Shown: positions 1-7,368 of the stretch, piece after piece | Layout of the letters: the number at the start of each line of letters is the position of its first letter | Position numbering within the stretch: position 1 is the stretch's first letter | From: a virus | IMG/VR virus record: IMGVR_UViG_3300027749_000039 | Coordinates: 126,603 to 190,602 of that record | Strand: one strand, 5' to 3' | DNA: 64,000 nt | Program-made: the position numbers and the translations under genes | Notes under the pieces: model-generated | Told to the model about the DNA's origin: nothing | The model's database searches: none | The model's input: only the letters and a program-made list of their open reading frames with translations

Positions 1-2
1 GT

Positions 3-443
3 GTAGTTTCAGAAGAAGAACCTTTTCGGAAGTGCATCCATCAGGGAATGATTCTAAACGAAGGCGAGAAGATGTCCAAATCAAAGGGCAATACTATTAA
101 TCCAGATTCTTATGACCAGGACACCTTAAGATTCTATCTTATGTTTATCGGACATTACTTTGATGGTGGTTCATGGTCTGATCAGAATATAGCTGGTATT
201 AATCGCTTTATTAATCGTTTTAAAGAGTGGATGTCAAGAGAGGGTGATGATGTTATAGATGTGCCATCTTTTAAAACTAAAATATCTAATTATACAGAAT
301 CTTTTAAGTTTAATAAGGTTGTATCTGAATTTATGACATTGGTTAATAAAGAACGGATAAAAAACTTGACCGCAGATTCTAAAGAAGAGTTGATTTCCAT
401 CTTGGAGATTTACATGCCTGGCATAAGAAATAAATTAATTTAA
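3..443 (+). CDS. leuS: Leucyl-tRNA synthetase, C-terminal part (gene starts before the window)
   Basis: Frame open from position 3: EEPFRKCIHQGMIL..GEKMSKSKGN (class I KMSKS), then DTLRFYLMF and a short helical anticodon-binding domain. Confidence 0.85.
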   Translation, partial: VVSEEEPFRKCIHQGMILNEGEKMSKSKGNTINPDSYDQDTLRFYLMFIGHYFDGGSWSDQNIAGINRFINRFKEWMSREGDDVIDVPSFKTKISNYTESFKFNKVVSEFMTLVNKERIKNLTADSKEELISILEIYMPGIRNKLI

Positions 444-444
444 T

Positions 445-753
445 ATGAAACACAAAGCACATAGAGCGAACCCGCAATATTATTTTGGCGAAGAAACACC
501 TTGTCATAAATTAGCAAATGATCTTATGGCTAATTTAGAATATAGCGGAGTGCTATCTGATGCTTTTTTAAGCTATATTTACACTAGTTTATTTAATATG
601 ATATACTATCACGATCATAATGATTTAGCTAATGGTAAGCAGTTATATAGCGATATAAACGATTTTTTAGATAGGTATTCTCTATTCTCTGATAGTTATA
701 AATCAACTGTTAGACGTCCATTTTTATTAATATTAAATTCAATTGAAAATTGA
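445..753 (+). CDS. Hypothetical protein
   Basis: 102 aa ORF tightly packed after leuS; no motif recognised. Confidence 0.6.
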   Translation: MKHKAHRANPQYYFGEETPCHKLANDLMANLEYSGVLSDAFLSYIYTSLFNMIYYHDHNDLANGKQLYSDINDFLDRYSLFSDSYKSTVRRPFLLILNSIEN

Positions 754-956
754 GATTAGATAGAATGCGATGGTTTGGTCCAGCAAGACCCGAAGATAAA
801 CCAGGTGTAGAAGGTTGGCGACATAGCAGATTATTCAAAGTAGTTAGGCATCAGGGTGCTAAAGCTCTTCGTGCTATAAGCAAAAAATTATGTAAGGAAT
901 CTATATCAGATAATGATATAGATTTTCCTACGTCTAAATATACAAGAAATCACTAA
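750..956 (+). CDS. Hypothetical basic protein
   Basis: Overlapping start/stop with neighbours. Confidence 0.5.
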   Translation: MRLDRMRWFGPARPEDKPGVEGWRHSRLFKVVRHQGAKALRAISKKLCKESISDNDIDFPTSKYTRNH

Positions 957-1201
957 TGGATATAAAATTAATAGGCATTTGGAATGACTCAGCAAGTGAT
1001 AAACCATTTTTTTGCGGATTACCACTAATTGGTCAAATATATGAAGGACATTTAGATCCTGATACAAACAATTCTTGGCTTGTAGTGACTACCAGTAATA
1101 AAATTGGATATCGAATATTTCCAAAAGAATTTCTCATGCCACTTGCTGAATGGCGAGATAAACAAATAGATTCAATTTTACAAGATGACGAAGAAAAATA
1201 A
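956..1201 (+). CDS. Small protein with C-terminal LAEWRDKQIDSIL motif
   Basis: Motif shared with several other ORFs in the window. Confidence 0.7.
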   Translation: MDIKLIGIWNDSASDKPFFCGLPLIGQIYEGHLDPDTNNSWLVVTTSNKIGYRIFPKEFLMPLAEWRDKQIDSILQDDEEK

Positions 1202-1361
1202 AAAACCACGAGATATAGTTAAAGAAACTGAAGAATATTTAGTTTTCCTCAAAAAACGCTTAGATTCGGCTAATTATAAAGCGAATGTTTCAAAAGAAGA
1301 ATATGATGAAACAAAGGCAAAATATGATAAGGTTAAATTAAGATTAAAATTATTAAAATAG
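1185..1361 (+). CDS. Hypothetical 58 aa protein (MTKKNKKPRDIVKETEEY...), below the ORF-track cutoff
   Basis: ATG 1185 to TAG 1361 fills the gap between genes. Confidence 0.55.
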   Translation: MTKKNKKPRDIVKETEEYLVFLKKRLDSANYKANVSKEEYDETKAKYDKVKLRLKLLK

Positions 1362-1395
1362 TAGTATTATATATATCATGATGTTGACGATCTTT
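1360..1395 (+). repeat. 36-bp exact direct repeat, copy 1
   Basis: AGTAGTATTATATATATCATGATGTTGACGATCTTT. Confidence 0.85.
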
Positions 1396-1656
1396 AATAA
1401 AAAAACTATGCTGGACATTACCAATAAAGAGGAAATACACATTTCATTTTTAAAAGAATTATTAGAAATGAATGGTTATAAAAAAGATGAATTAGATTTG
1501 ACAACTGACGATATTGAAATCGAAGGTAGATATATCAATCTAAACGTAGATAATACAGATTTTTCTATATCACTAGATGAGTATATTGAATATAGAAATT
1601 GGTGGATTGCATTAGAAAGAGAAGAAAAAATTAATTCTATATTAAATGAAGACTAA
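1378..1656 (+). CDS. Small protein ending REEKINSILNED (motif family)
   Basis: Variant of the shared C-terminal motif. Confidence 0.6.
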   Translation: MMLTIFNKKTMLDITNKEEIHISFLKELLEMNGYKKDELDLTTDDIEIEGRYINLNVDNTDFSISLDEYIEYRNWWIALEREEKINSILNED

Positions 1657-2191
1657 AATGGACTTACAAAAACAAATAGAAGCATTAAAATTGCAGCGCA
1701 TCCAAGAAATAATGGATGACAATAATGTATCAAAGATACAGAAAATAAAATTGTTTGAAAAAGAGCAATTGTTTAACTGTGCGCCTTATATACAACATGA
1801 ATTTCCTGATTGGGAAATAGAAGCTGTTGAATTGGAAAAATTGGAAGCTGAACGTATTTTAAAAGAAGGTTGCGATAATCCGAATGAAATATGTGCTAAA
1901 CAATTTTATCAATCAAAAATGACTGATACTATATTCGACCCATCTACTTTTTATTATGAGAAATATGAAACAGTTTCTTATTCCGATTCTTTACAAAATT
2001 GTTTAGAAAATGCGTTAGAAGATATTTCTGAGGAAGAATATGATGCAGTTGATAAAGATAATCCAATTATTACGGTTATAACAACAAGACATCCACATAC
2101 AGAGTTGAAAAAACCTTATAATGAAATCATAGATAAGGTTTATGAATTTTGTATAACAAATAAAATATGGGGTTTCAAAAATGATTGGTAA
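1646..2191 (+). CDS. Hypothetical acidic protein
   Basis: 181 aa ORF coupled to the upstream gene. Confidence 0.6.
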   Translation: MKTKMDLQKQIEALKLQRIQEIMDDNNVSKIQKIKLFEKEQLFNCAPYIQHEFPDWEIEAVELEKLEAERILKEGCDNPNEICAKQFYQSKMTDTIFDPSTFYYEKYETVSYSDSLQNCLENALEDISEEEYDAVDKDNPIITVITTRHPHTELKKPYNEIIDKVYEFCITNKIWGFKNDW

Positions 2192-2405
2192 AGCTATTTT
2201 CAAATTTAACAGTGGTCTTGCCGCTATTTTATGCTCTAAATGTAGAGTTATTATCAAAATTGGTAAAAATTTTACCGATGAAGAAACCATGGCATTTAAA
2301 GGTGAAATAGAATTAGAAGCGCAATTTTGTAAAAAATGTAAATTACAAAAATAAATATACAATAAAATTTTGTTTATTGAATACTTTTTCGTAATTTTGT
2401 ATCAT

Positions 2406-2630
2406 ATGAATAAAGAGAAATTAGGGCTGATGTTAGCCGAGTCACTAGAATTAAAATATAAAGCTGATAGAGCCGATGCTTTGGCAAGGTTTGCAGTTTA
2501 TATGAATAATCCAGTAGCAATTGGTGAACATCCACAGCATACGGAAGAAATGGATAAATTGGTTAGCCAATTTACAGATGCTAACGATAAATTATCGGCA
2601 TTAAAAGAAATGGTTGAAGCAATCAAATAA
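2406..2630 (+). CDS. Hypothetical phage protein with NPVAIGEHP motif
   Basis: Likely ATG at 2406, downstream of a TAnnTTTG promoter; the motif resembles a small T4-like phage protein from memory. Confidence 0.6.
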   Translation: MNKEKLGLMLAESLELKYKADRADALARFAVYMNNPVAIGEHPQHTEEMDKLVSQFTDANDKLSALKEMVEAIK

Positions 2631-2767
2631 AAAATATACGAAAAAGTTTTTAAAAACTTTGAAAATTAAAAACTTTTTCGTATTTTTGCTTAAAATAATA
2701 ACAAAAAGAAAAAAAAGCACTTTTAGAATATAATATATATAATTATACGAAAAAAACAAAAATAATT

Positions 2768-2798
2768 TTTGTAAATAAAAAACTTTTTCGTATCTTTG
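2768..2798 (+). promoter_or_regulatory. Bacteroidota sigma70-type promoter (TTTG-N19-TATCTTTG) for the Met/His/Trp/Phe/Ser/Lys tRNA-serS unit
   Basis: Matches the -33 TTTG / -7 TAnnTTTG consensus with a 19 nt spacer. Confidence 0.8.
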
Positions 2799-2831
2799 TT
2801 GTATAATAACAAACAATAAGAAATTAAATAT

Positions 2832-2903
2832 AGCGGGATAGAGCAGTGGTAGCTCGCAAGGCTCATAACCTTGAGGTCATTGGTTCGAATCCAGTTCCTG
2901 CTT
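2832..2903 (+). tRNA. tRNA-Met(CAT), initiator-like body
   Basis: Cloverleaf, anticodon arm CAAGG-CTCATAA-CCTTG, fMet-like GAGCAG..GGTAGCTCG D arm; A1:U72 paired. Confidence 0.9.
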
Positions 2904-2918
2904 CAAAAAAAGACATAT

Positions 2919-2990
2919 TGCGGAGTAGAGCAGTGGTAGCTCGCAAGGCTCATAACCTTGAGGTCGTTGGTTCGAATCCAGCCTCCGTTA
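2919..2990 (+). tRNA. tRNA-fMet(CAT), second copy
   Basis: Same D/anticodon arms as copy 1; U1xU72 mismatch, A73. Confidence 0.9.
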
Positions 2991-3029
2991 CTAAAAAATT
3001 AAAAACAATAACAACTTAAAAATTATTTT

Positions 3030-3119
3030 ATGAAACATTTCAGCTCACATAAACATTCGTTTAAATTCTGGTTTAGCAATCAGGGTTCGGTAGAGTTTTG
3101 TTTCAAAAATGCTTCATAA
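3030..3119 (+). CDS. Attenuator leader peptide L1: MKHFSSHKHSFKFWFSNQGSVEFCFKNAS
   Basis: 3 His, 6 Phe, 1 Trp, 6 Ser; directly upstream of a terminator and His/Trp/Phe/Ser tRNAs. Confidence 0.85.
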   Translation: MKHFSSHKHSFKFWFSNQGSVEFCFKNAS

Positions 3120-3138
3120 GAAGTTATTGAAATGAACT

Positions 3139-3179
3139 AAAAATCTCCGAACTTTATATAAAGTTCGGAGATTTTTTTT
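3139..3179 (+). terminator. Intrinsic terminator of attenuator L1
   Basis: AAAAATCTCCGAACTT-TATATA-AAGTTCGGAGATTTTTTTT. Confidence 0.9.
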
Positions 3180-3183
3180 ATAT

Positions 3184-3257
3184 GGTGATATTGGTGTTAG
3201 CGGTTAGCATGGGACCCTGTGAAGGTCTAGGGACGGATTCGAATTCCGTATATCACC
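3184..3257 (+). tRNA. tRNA-His(GTG)
   Basis: GGACC-CTGTGAA-GGTCT; encoded G-1 opposite C73. Confidence 0.9.
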
Positions 3258-3327
3258 CAAGAAAAGGTAGATTAAACAAAGAAATTATTTAATTGAAACT
3301 AGTATAGATTAAATAATCGTATTGATG

Positions 3328-3379
3328 GTAAAGGTAAGCGGTTAAGCGGAAGATAGTGGTTCGAATCCACTCCTTTTCA
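3328..3379 (+). ncRNA. tRNA-like unit lacking an anticodon arm
   Basis: Acceptor GTAAAGG/CCTTTTC, perfect T arm AGTGG-TTCGAAT-CCACT, only 20 nt between them. Confidence 0.5.
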
Positions 3380-3390
3380 CGAAATAATAT

Positions 3391-3464
3391 GGTGATTGTA
3401 GCTCAATTGGTAGAGCGCAGGTTTGTGGAACCTGAGGTAGCGGGGTCGGAGCTCGTCAATCACC
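3391..3464 (+). tRNA. tRNA-His(GTG), second copy
   Basis: CAGGT-TTGTGGA-ACCTG; G-1:C73; atypical T loop GTCGGAG. Confidence 0.85.
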
Positions 3465-3469
3465 CAATA

Positions 3470-3542
3470 AGGTAATCAAGCTAACTTGGTAACGTGGGAG
3501 ATTCCAACCCTCCAGTCGTCGGATCGTAACCGGCTGTTCGTG
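3470..3542 (+). pseudogene. Degenerate tRNA-Trp(CCA)-like unit
   Basis: Anticodon loop TTCCAAC, intact T arm and G73, but the 5' acceptor strand does not pair. Confidence 0.45.
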
Positions 3543-3553
3543 CAAAATAAAAT

Positions 3554-3626
3554 ACGGGTATGGTGAAAATGGCTATCATTTTTGTCTCCAAAACAAAAGT
3601 TCCGGATTCGAATTCTGGTGCCCGTG
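3554..3626 (+). tRNA. tRNA-Trp(CCA)
   Basis: TTTGT-CTCCAAA-ACAAA; ACGGGTA/TGCCCGT; G73. Confidence 0.9.
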
Positions 3627-3633
3627 CTAAAAT

Positions 3634-3705
3634 GGTGTTGTAACATAGAGGTTTATGTGTTGATCTGAAAAATCAAAAATGCCAGATCGTTACTGGCCGA
3701 CACCA
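3634..3705 (+). tRNA. tRNA-Phe(GAA)
   Basis: TTGAT-CTGAAAA-ATCAA; A73; T loop ATCGTTA. Confidence 0.85.
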
Positions 3706-3768
3706 CAAAAATAAATTAAAAAAGGAAGACGCACCCATTTTATATATAAGTAAATAACAAATATAAAA

Positions 3769-4647
3769 ATGGGTGCGAATTCAAAAGAATGGACAGAAAA
3801 GGAAAAAGAAATACTTTTTAAATATTTTCCGAGTATGGGTAGTAATTATTGTTCAGAATTAACAGGAAGAACAAAAAGAGCTTGTCAAGAAATGGCAAAA
3901 AAATTAAAATTGAAGAGAGATTTAGATAAGTATGAAGATAAAGAAAAATTAGAGGAGTTAGTTAAAGGTTGTAAATCATATACAGAATGTGTAATAAAAT
4001 TGGGGTTATCTCCCAGATGTTCTGGTAATTTTCAGACTATCAAAAAATATATCACAATATATAATATAGATATTTCACATTTTGAAAATGGATTTCAAAT
4101 AGGCAACAAACCTCAAAATAAGAAAGAATTATCAGAAGTTTTAATAGAAAACTCTTTTTTTAGCAGAACTCATCTTAAAGAGAGACTATATAAAGAGGAA
4201 TTAAAAAAGAAAGAATGTGAGATATGTGGAATTGGTGAAGATTGGTTTAATGGAACTAAAATAGTCCATATTTTAGACCATATAAATGGTGAGCCTTATG
4301 ATAATCGTCTTGAAAATTTAAGAATCGTTTGTCCTAATTGTAATTCAACATTAGAAACAAATTGTGTTGGGAATAAAGTTAATAAAATATATGATTCTAA
4401 AAAAGATGAATATAAAAGTGAAAAAACACATAAAAAATGTAATTGTGGTAAAATAATTTTGAAAGAAAGTAAATTTTGTTCAGAATGCAATGCCAAAAGT
4501 AAAAGAAAAATTATTAATAGACCAACATTTGAAGAATTAGTTAAGTTAATAGAAGAAAATGGTAATACTGGAACAGGTAAAATATACGGCGTTAGCGAAG
4601 CTGTCATAAGAAAATGGTTAAAACAATATAAAAATAAATTAGTATAG
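3769..4647 (+). mobile_element. HNH homing endonuclease inside tRNA cluster 1
   Basis: CEICG...LDHINGEPYDNRLENLRIVCPNCNS; C-terminal RPTFEEL..YGVSEAVIRKW HTH; N-terminal Myb-like repeat. Confidence 0.9.
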
Positions 4648-4660
4648 AATATACTAAAAT

Positions 4661-4735
4661 ACAGACTAGTCTATGGTAGTCGGCGGAACTCCAAATCCCG
4701 TGTGACTCGAGTCAGTTCAATTCTGGCAGTCTGTG
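4661..4735 (+). tRNA. tRNA-Trp(CCA), second
   Basis: Loop CTCCAAA, acceptor ACAGACT/AGTCTGT, G73; one mismatch in the anticodon stem. Confidence 0.7.
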
Positions 4736-4745
4736 CTAATAAATT

Positions 4746-4829
4746 GGAAAGTCCTAATTAGGAGTAGTTAGCCGTTTTGAAAACGGTGAAGGTGTAATAG
4801 CCGTGGGGGTTCGAGTCCGTCACTTTCCG
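4746..4829 (+). tRNA. tRNA-Ser(TGA)
   Basis: GCCGT-TTTGAAA-ACGGT, long variable arm, G73. Confidence 0.8.
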
Positions 4830-4840
4830 CAAAATAAAAT

Positions 4841-4918
4841 ACGGGTTTCGTCTAATATTTAAGACACCTCCCGGCAAGGGAGTTAATGTTGTAAGGGTGA
4901 AAATCCTACAACCCGTGC
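4841..4918 (+). pseudogene. tRNA-like unit with unassignable anticodon loop
   Basis: Acceptor ACGGGTT/AACCCGT plus G73 (Trp-like), D stem GTCT/AGAC, loop GGCAAG (6 nt), T loop GTGAAAA. Confidence 0.45.
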
Positions 4919-4933
4919 AAAAAGATTAAAATT

Positions 4934-4969
4934 ATGAAACAATATAAACAGATTAAACAAAAACAATAA
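4934..4969 (+). CDS. Lys-rich mini leader peptide MKQYKQIKQKQ
   Basis: 4 AAA codons in 11, directly upstream of three tRNA-Lys genes; followed by two mutually exclusive hairpins. Confidence 0.6.
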   Translation: MKQYKQIKQKQ

Positions 4970-5001
4970 GTTAGGCTCCTATGGATGCTTAACAAATATA
5001 A

Positions 5002-5076
5002 GCATTCGTAACTCAGAGGCAGAGTATTCGGCTTTTAACCGAAGTGGCGAGATTTCAAAATTCTCCGGATGCACCA
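5002..5076 (+). tRNA. tRNA-Lys(TTT), CCA encoded
   Basis: TTCGG-CTTTTAA-CCGAA. Confidence 0.9.
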
Positions 5077-5079
5077 AAA

Positions 5080-5151
5080 CCGCTTGTAGCAAACTGGTGT
5101 AGGCAAGAGTCTTTTAAACTCTGGGGCTGGGTTCGACTCCCGGCAGGCGGA
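5080..5151 (+). tRNA. tRNA-Lys(TTT), second
   Basis: AGAGT-CTTTTAA-ACTCT. Confidence 0.9.
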
Positions 5152-5156
5152 CAATA

Positions 5157-5228
5157 GATTTTATATGTCAATGGTTAGACTAGCAGACTCTTAATCTGCG
5201 GATCTGAGTTCGAGTCTCAGTGAAATCA
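5157..5228 (+). tRNA. tRNA-Lys(CTT)
   Basis: GCAGA-CTCTTAA-TCTGC. Confidence 0.9.
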
Positions 5229-5244
5229 CAAAAAATTTTTAAAA

Positions 5245-6513
5245 ATGTTAGAAATAAAATTATTTAGGCAAAATAAGGACCTAATTATAGAAGGACTTAA
5301 AAAGAAAAATTTTAAGCAACTTAATTTAGTTGATGAAATTATTAAATTGGATGAAGATTTAAGAAAATTAAAACAGGAAACTGAAAATTTAACTTCTGTT
5401 ATTAATAAAAATAATAGCGAAATTGCAAGATATATTAAAACAGATGCAGTTAAGGTAGAAAATATTAAAACTCATAATATTATTTTAAATGAAAAAATTG
5501 AGGAATTAACTAATATACTAAATCAAACTGAAAACGAGTTATTGGATAATTTAATTCAATTACCAAATCTTCCAAATCAAATTGTAGAAATAGACAATGG
5601 TAATGAAGCAACTAATGGTAATGTTATTATAAGAGAAAACTTAACTCAGTGTACACAAGGTAAACCTCATTGGGAAGTAATTAAAGATTTAAATATAGTT
5701 AGTTTTGAACTAGGAACTAAAATTACTGGTGCTGGGTTTCCTGTTTATATCGGAAAAGGCGCAAGATTACAAAGAGCTTTAATTCAATATTTTTTAGATT
5801 ATAATACTAATGCTGGTTATACAGAATATAATATACCATTAATGGTTAATTATGATTCTGCATATGGTACAGGACAACTCCCTGATAAAGAAGGTCAAAT
5901 GTATTATGCTGAAAAGGATAATTTATACTTAATTCCAACAGCAGAAGTTCCTTTAACTAATATCTTTAGAGATGAAATAGTTAATTTGCCCATAAAAATG
6001 ACAGGACATAGTGCTTGTTTTAGAAGAGAAGCTGGCGCACATGGTAAAGAAGTAAGAGGGTTAAATCGAGTTCATCAATTTGAAAAAGTTGAAATAGTTC
6101 AATTAGTTCAACCTGATAAAAGTTATGAAGTATTGGAAGAAATGGTTTTACATGTTGAGAACTTGATAAAAAGCTTAGAATTACCATATAGAATACTTAA
6201 ATTAAGTGGCACAGATATGAGTTTTGCATCTGCTTTAACTTATGACTTTGAAGTATATAGTGCGGCTCAAGACAGATGGTTAGAAGTAAGTTCTGTGAGT
6301 AATTTTGAAACTTTCCAATCTAATCGTATGAAAATTAGATTTAAAGAAGATAAAAAGAACAAATTAGTTCATACTTTAAATGGAAGTTCTTTAGCATTAC
6401 CAAGAATAATGGCTTGCTTATTAGAAAATAATCAAACACATGAAGGTATAAAAATACCAGAAGTATTAATACCGTATTACGGTGACAAATTTTTAACAAA
6501 TGGAAAATTATAA
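5245..6513 (+). CDS. serS: Seryl-tRNA synthetase
   Basis: N-terminal coiled coil, LIPTAEVPL, CFRREAG..RGLNRVHQFEKVE, HTLNGSSLALPR. Confidence 0.97.
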   Translation: MLEIKLFRQNKDLIIEGLKKKNFKQLNLVDEIIKLDEDLRKLKQETENLTSVINKNNSEIARYIKTDAVKVENIKTHNIILNEKIEELTNILNQTENELLDNLIQLPNLPNQIVEIDNGNEATNGNVIIRENLTQCTQGKPHWEVIKDLNIVSFELGTKITGAGFPVYIGKGARLQRALIQYFLDYNTNAGYTEYNIPLMVNYDSAYGTGQLPDKEGQMYYAEKDNLYLIPTAEVPLTNIFRDEIVNLPIKMTGHSACFRREAGAHGKEVRGLNRVHQFEKVEIVQLVQPDKSYEVLEEMVLHVENLIKSLELPYRILKLSGTDMSFASALTYDFEVYSAAQDRWLEVSSVSNFETFQSNRMKIRFKEDKKNKLVHTLNGSSLALPRIMACLLENNQTHEGIKIPEVLIPYYGDKFLTNGKL

Positions 6514-6745
6514 AAAATTAATAGAGAAATATAAAGTTGAAATAGTAGATTATATTATTTCTTCAAAAGACCAATTAGAAGAATACCGTAAAAAGTATTT
6601 AGGCGCAAATGGAATTATAAAACAAGTTTATAATCAATTAAAACAAGTTCCTGCTGAAAAAAGAAAACAAGCAGGAGAATTGTTAAGAGGATTAAAAGAT
6701 TGTGCTGAAAATAAATATGAAAATTCTTTTGTTAATTCAAAATAA
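6500..6745 (+). CDS. Stand-alone PheRS alpha-subunit N-terminal coiled-coil domain
   Basis: LEEYRKKYLGANGIIKQVYNQLKQVPAEKRKQAGELL matches the PheS N-terminal pattern (..RvkYLGkkG..l..lp.eeR..aG..lN); no catalytic domain follows. Confidence 0.7.
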   Translation: MENYKKLIEKYKVEIVDYIISSKDQLEEYRKKYLGANGIIKQVYNQLKQVPAEKRKQAGELLRGLKDCAENKYENSFVNSK

Positions 6746-6758
6746 TTTCGTATCTTTG
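6728..6758 (+). promoter_or_regulatory. Bacteroidota-type promoter for the Ser/Arg tRNA cluster
   Basis: TTTG-N19-TATCTTTG. Confidence 0.8.
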
Positions 6759-6807
6759 TAAAAGAAAATAAACAAAAAAGCATTTTAACAATATAATATA
6801 TACAATT

Positions 6808-6864
6808 ATGAAAACAATATCATCGTCTAGTCGCAGTAGTTTAACTTTGGAAATCCAGAGATGA
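6808..6864 (+). CDS. Attenuator leader peptide L2: MKTISSSSRSSLTLEIQR
   Basis: TCA TCG TCT AGT CGC AGT AGT run upstream of Ser(GCT), Arg(ACG), a Ser-like unit and Ser(GGA). Confidence 0.85.
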   Translation: MKTISSSSRSSLTLEIQR

Positions 6865-6883
6865 TAGTGTATGTATATACTTG

Positions 6884-6915
6884 AAGCCTTGGATTGTAAA
6901 ATTCAAGGCTTTTTT
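6884..6915 (+). terminator. Intrinsic terminator of attenuator L2
   Basis: AAGCCTTGGATT-GTAA-AATTCAAGGCTT-TTTT. Confidence 0.85.
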
Positions 6916-6921
6916 AATTTT

Positions 6922-7012
6922 GGTGAGTTACTCAAGTGGTCAAAGAGGCTTGTTTGCTAAACAAGTAGGACGGTAAAACGTTGCGTGGGTTCGAACCCCA
7001 CACTCACCGCCA
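6922..7012 (+). tRNA. tRNA-Ser(GCT), CCA encoded
   Basis: CTTGT-TTGCTAA-ACAAG, long variable arm, G73. Confidence 0.92.
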
Positions 7013-7062
7013 AAATATACAGATAATTGCGGGTTCGAGACCCGTTCTGGATACAAAAATAT

Positions 7063-7136
7063 GGTCTCATCGTTCAATGGATTTAGGATACTTGGCTACG
7101 AACTAAGAGATTGGGGTTCGAATCCCTATGAGACTA
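7063..7136 (+). tRNA. tRNA-Arg(ACG)
   Basis: CTTGG-CTACGAA-CTAAG. Confidence 0.9.
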
Positions 7137-7142
7137 CTAATA

Positions 7143-7230
7143 GGAAAGTTGGCAGAGCGGTTTAATGCGCTGGCACTGAAGCCGGTGACTGGCAAAAGCC
7201 GGTCCGTGAGTTCGAATCTCATACTTTCTT
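7143..7230 (+). pseudogene. Ser-type tRNA with a 6-nt anticodon loop (ACTGAA) and U73
   Basis: Ser-like body with long variable arm; the loop is one nt short of canonical CTTGAAA. Confidence 0.6.
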
Positions 7231-7234
7231 ATAT

Positions 7235-7324
7235 GGAGAAGTAAAACGAAATTGGTATCGTCCCTGATTGGAAATCAGGTTATCGGGTCAAACTGGTATG
7301 TAGGTTCGAGTCCTATTTTCTCCG
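7235..7324 (+). tRNA. tRNA-Ser(GGA)
   Basis: CCTGA-TTGGAAA-TCAGG, long variable arm, G73. Confidence 0.9.
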
Positions 7325-7368
7325 CAATGTTTCAAAAAAAGAAATATACTTAATAATACACAATTAAA

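Noticed and set aside
2740-2765. Possible ACG-initiated mini leader before the initiator tRNAs
   Set aside because: Only 5 codons, upstream of the main promoter, with no terminator.
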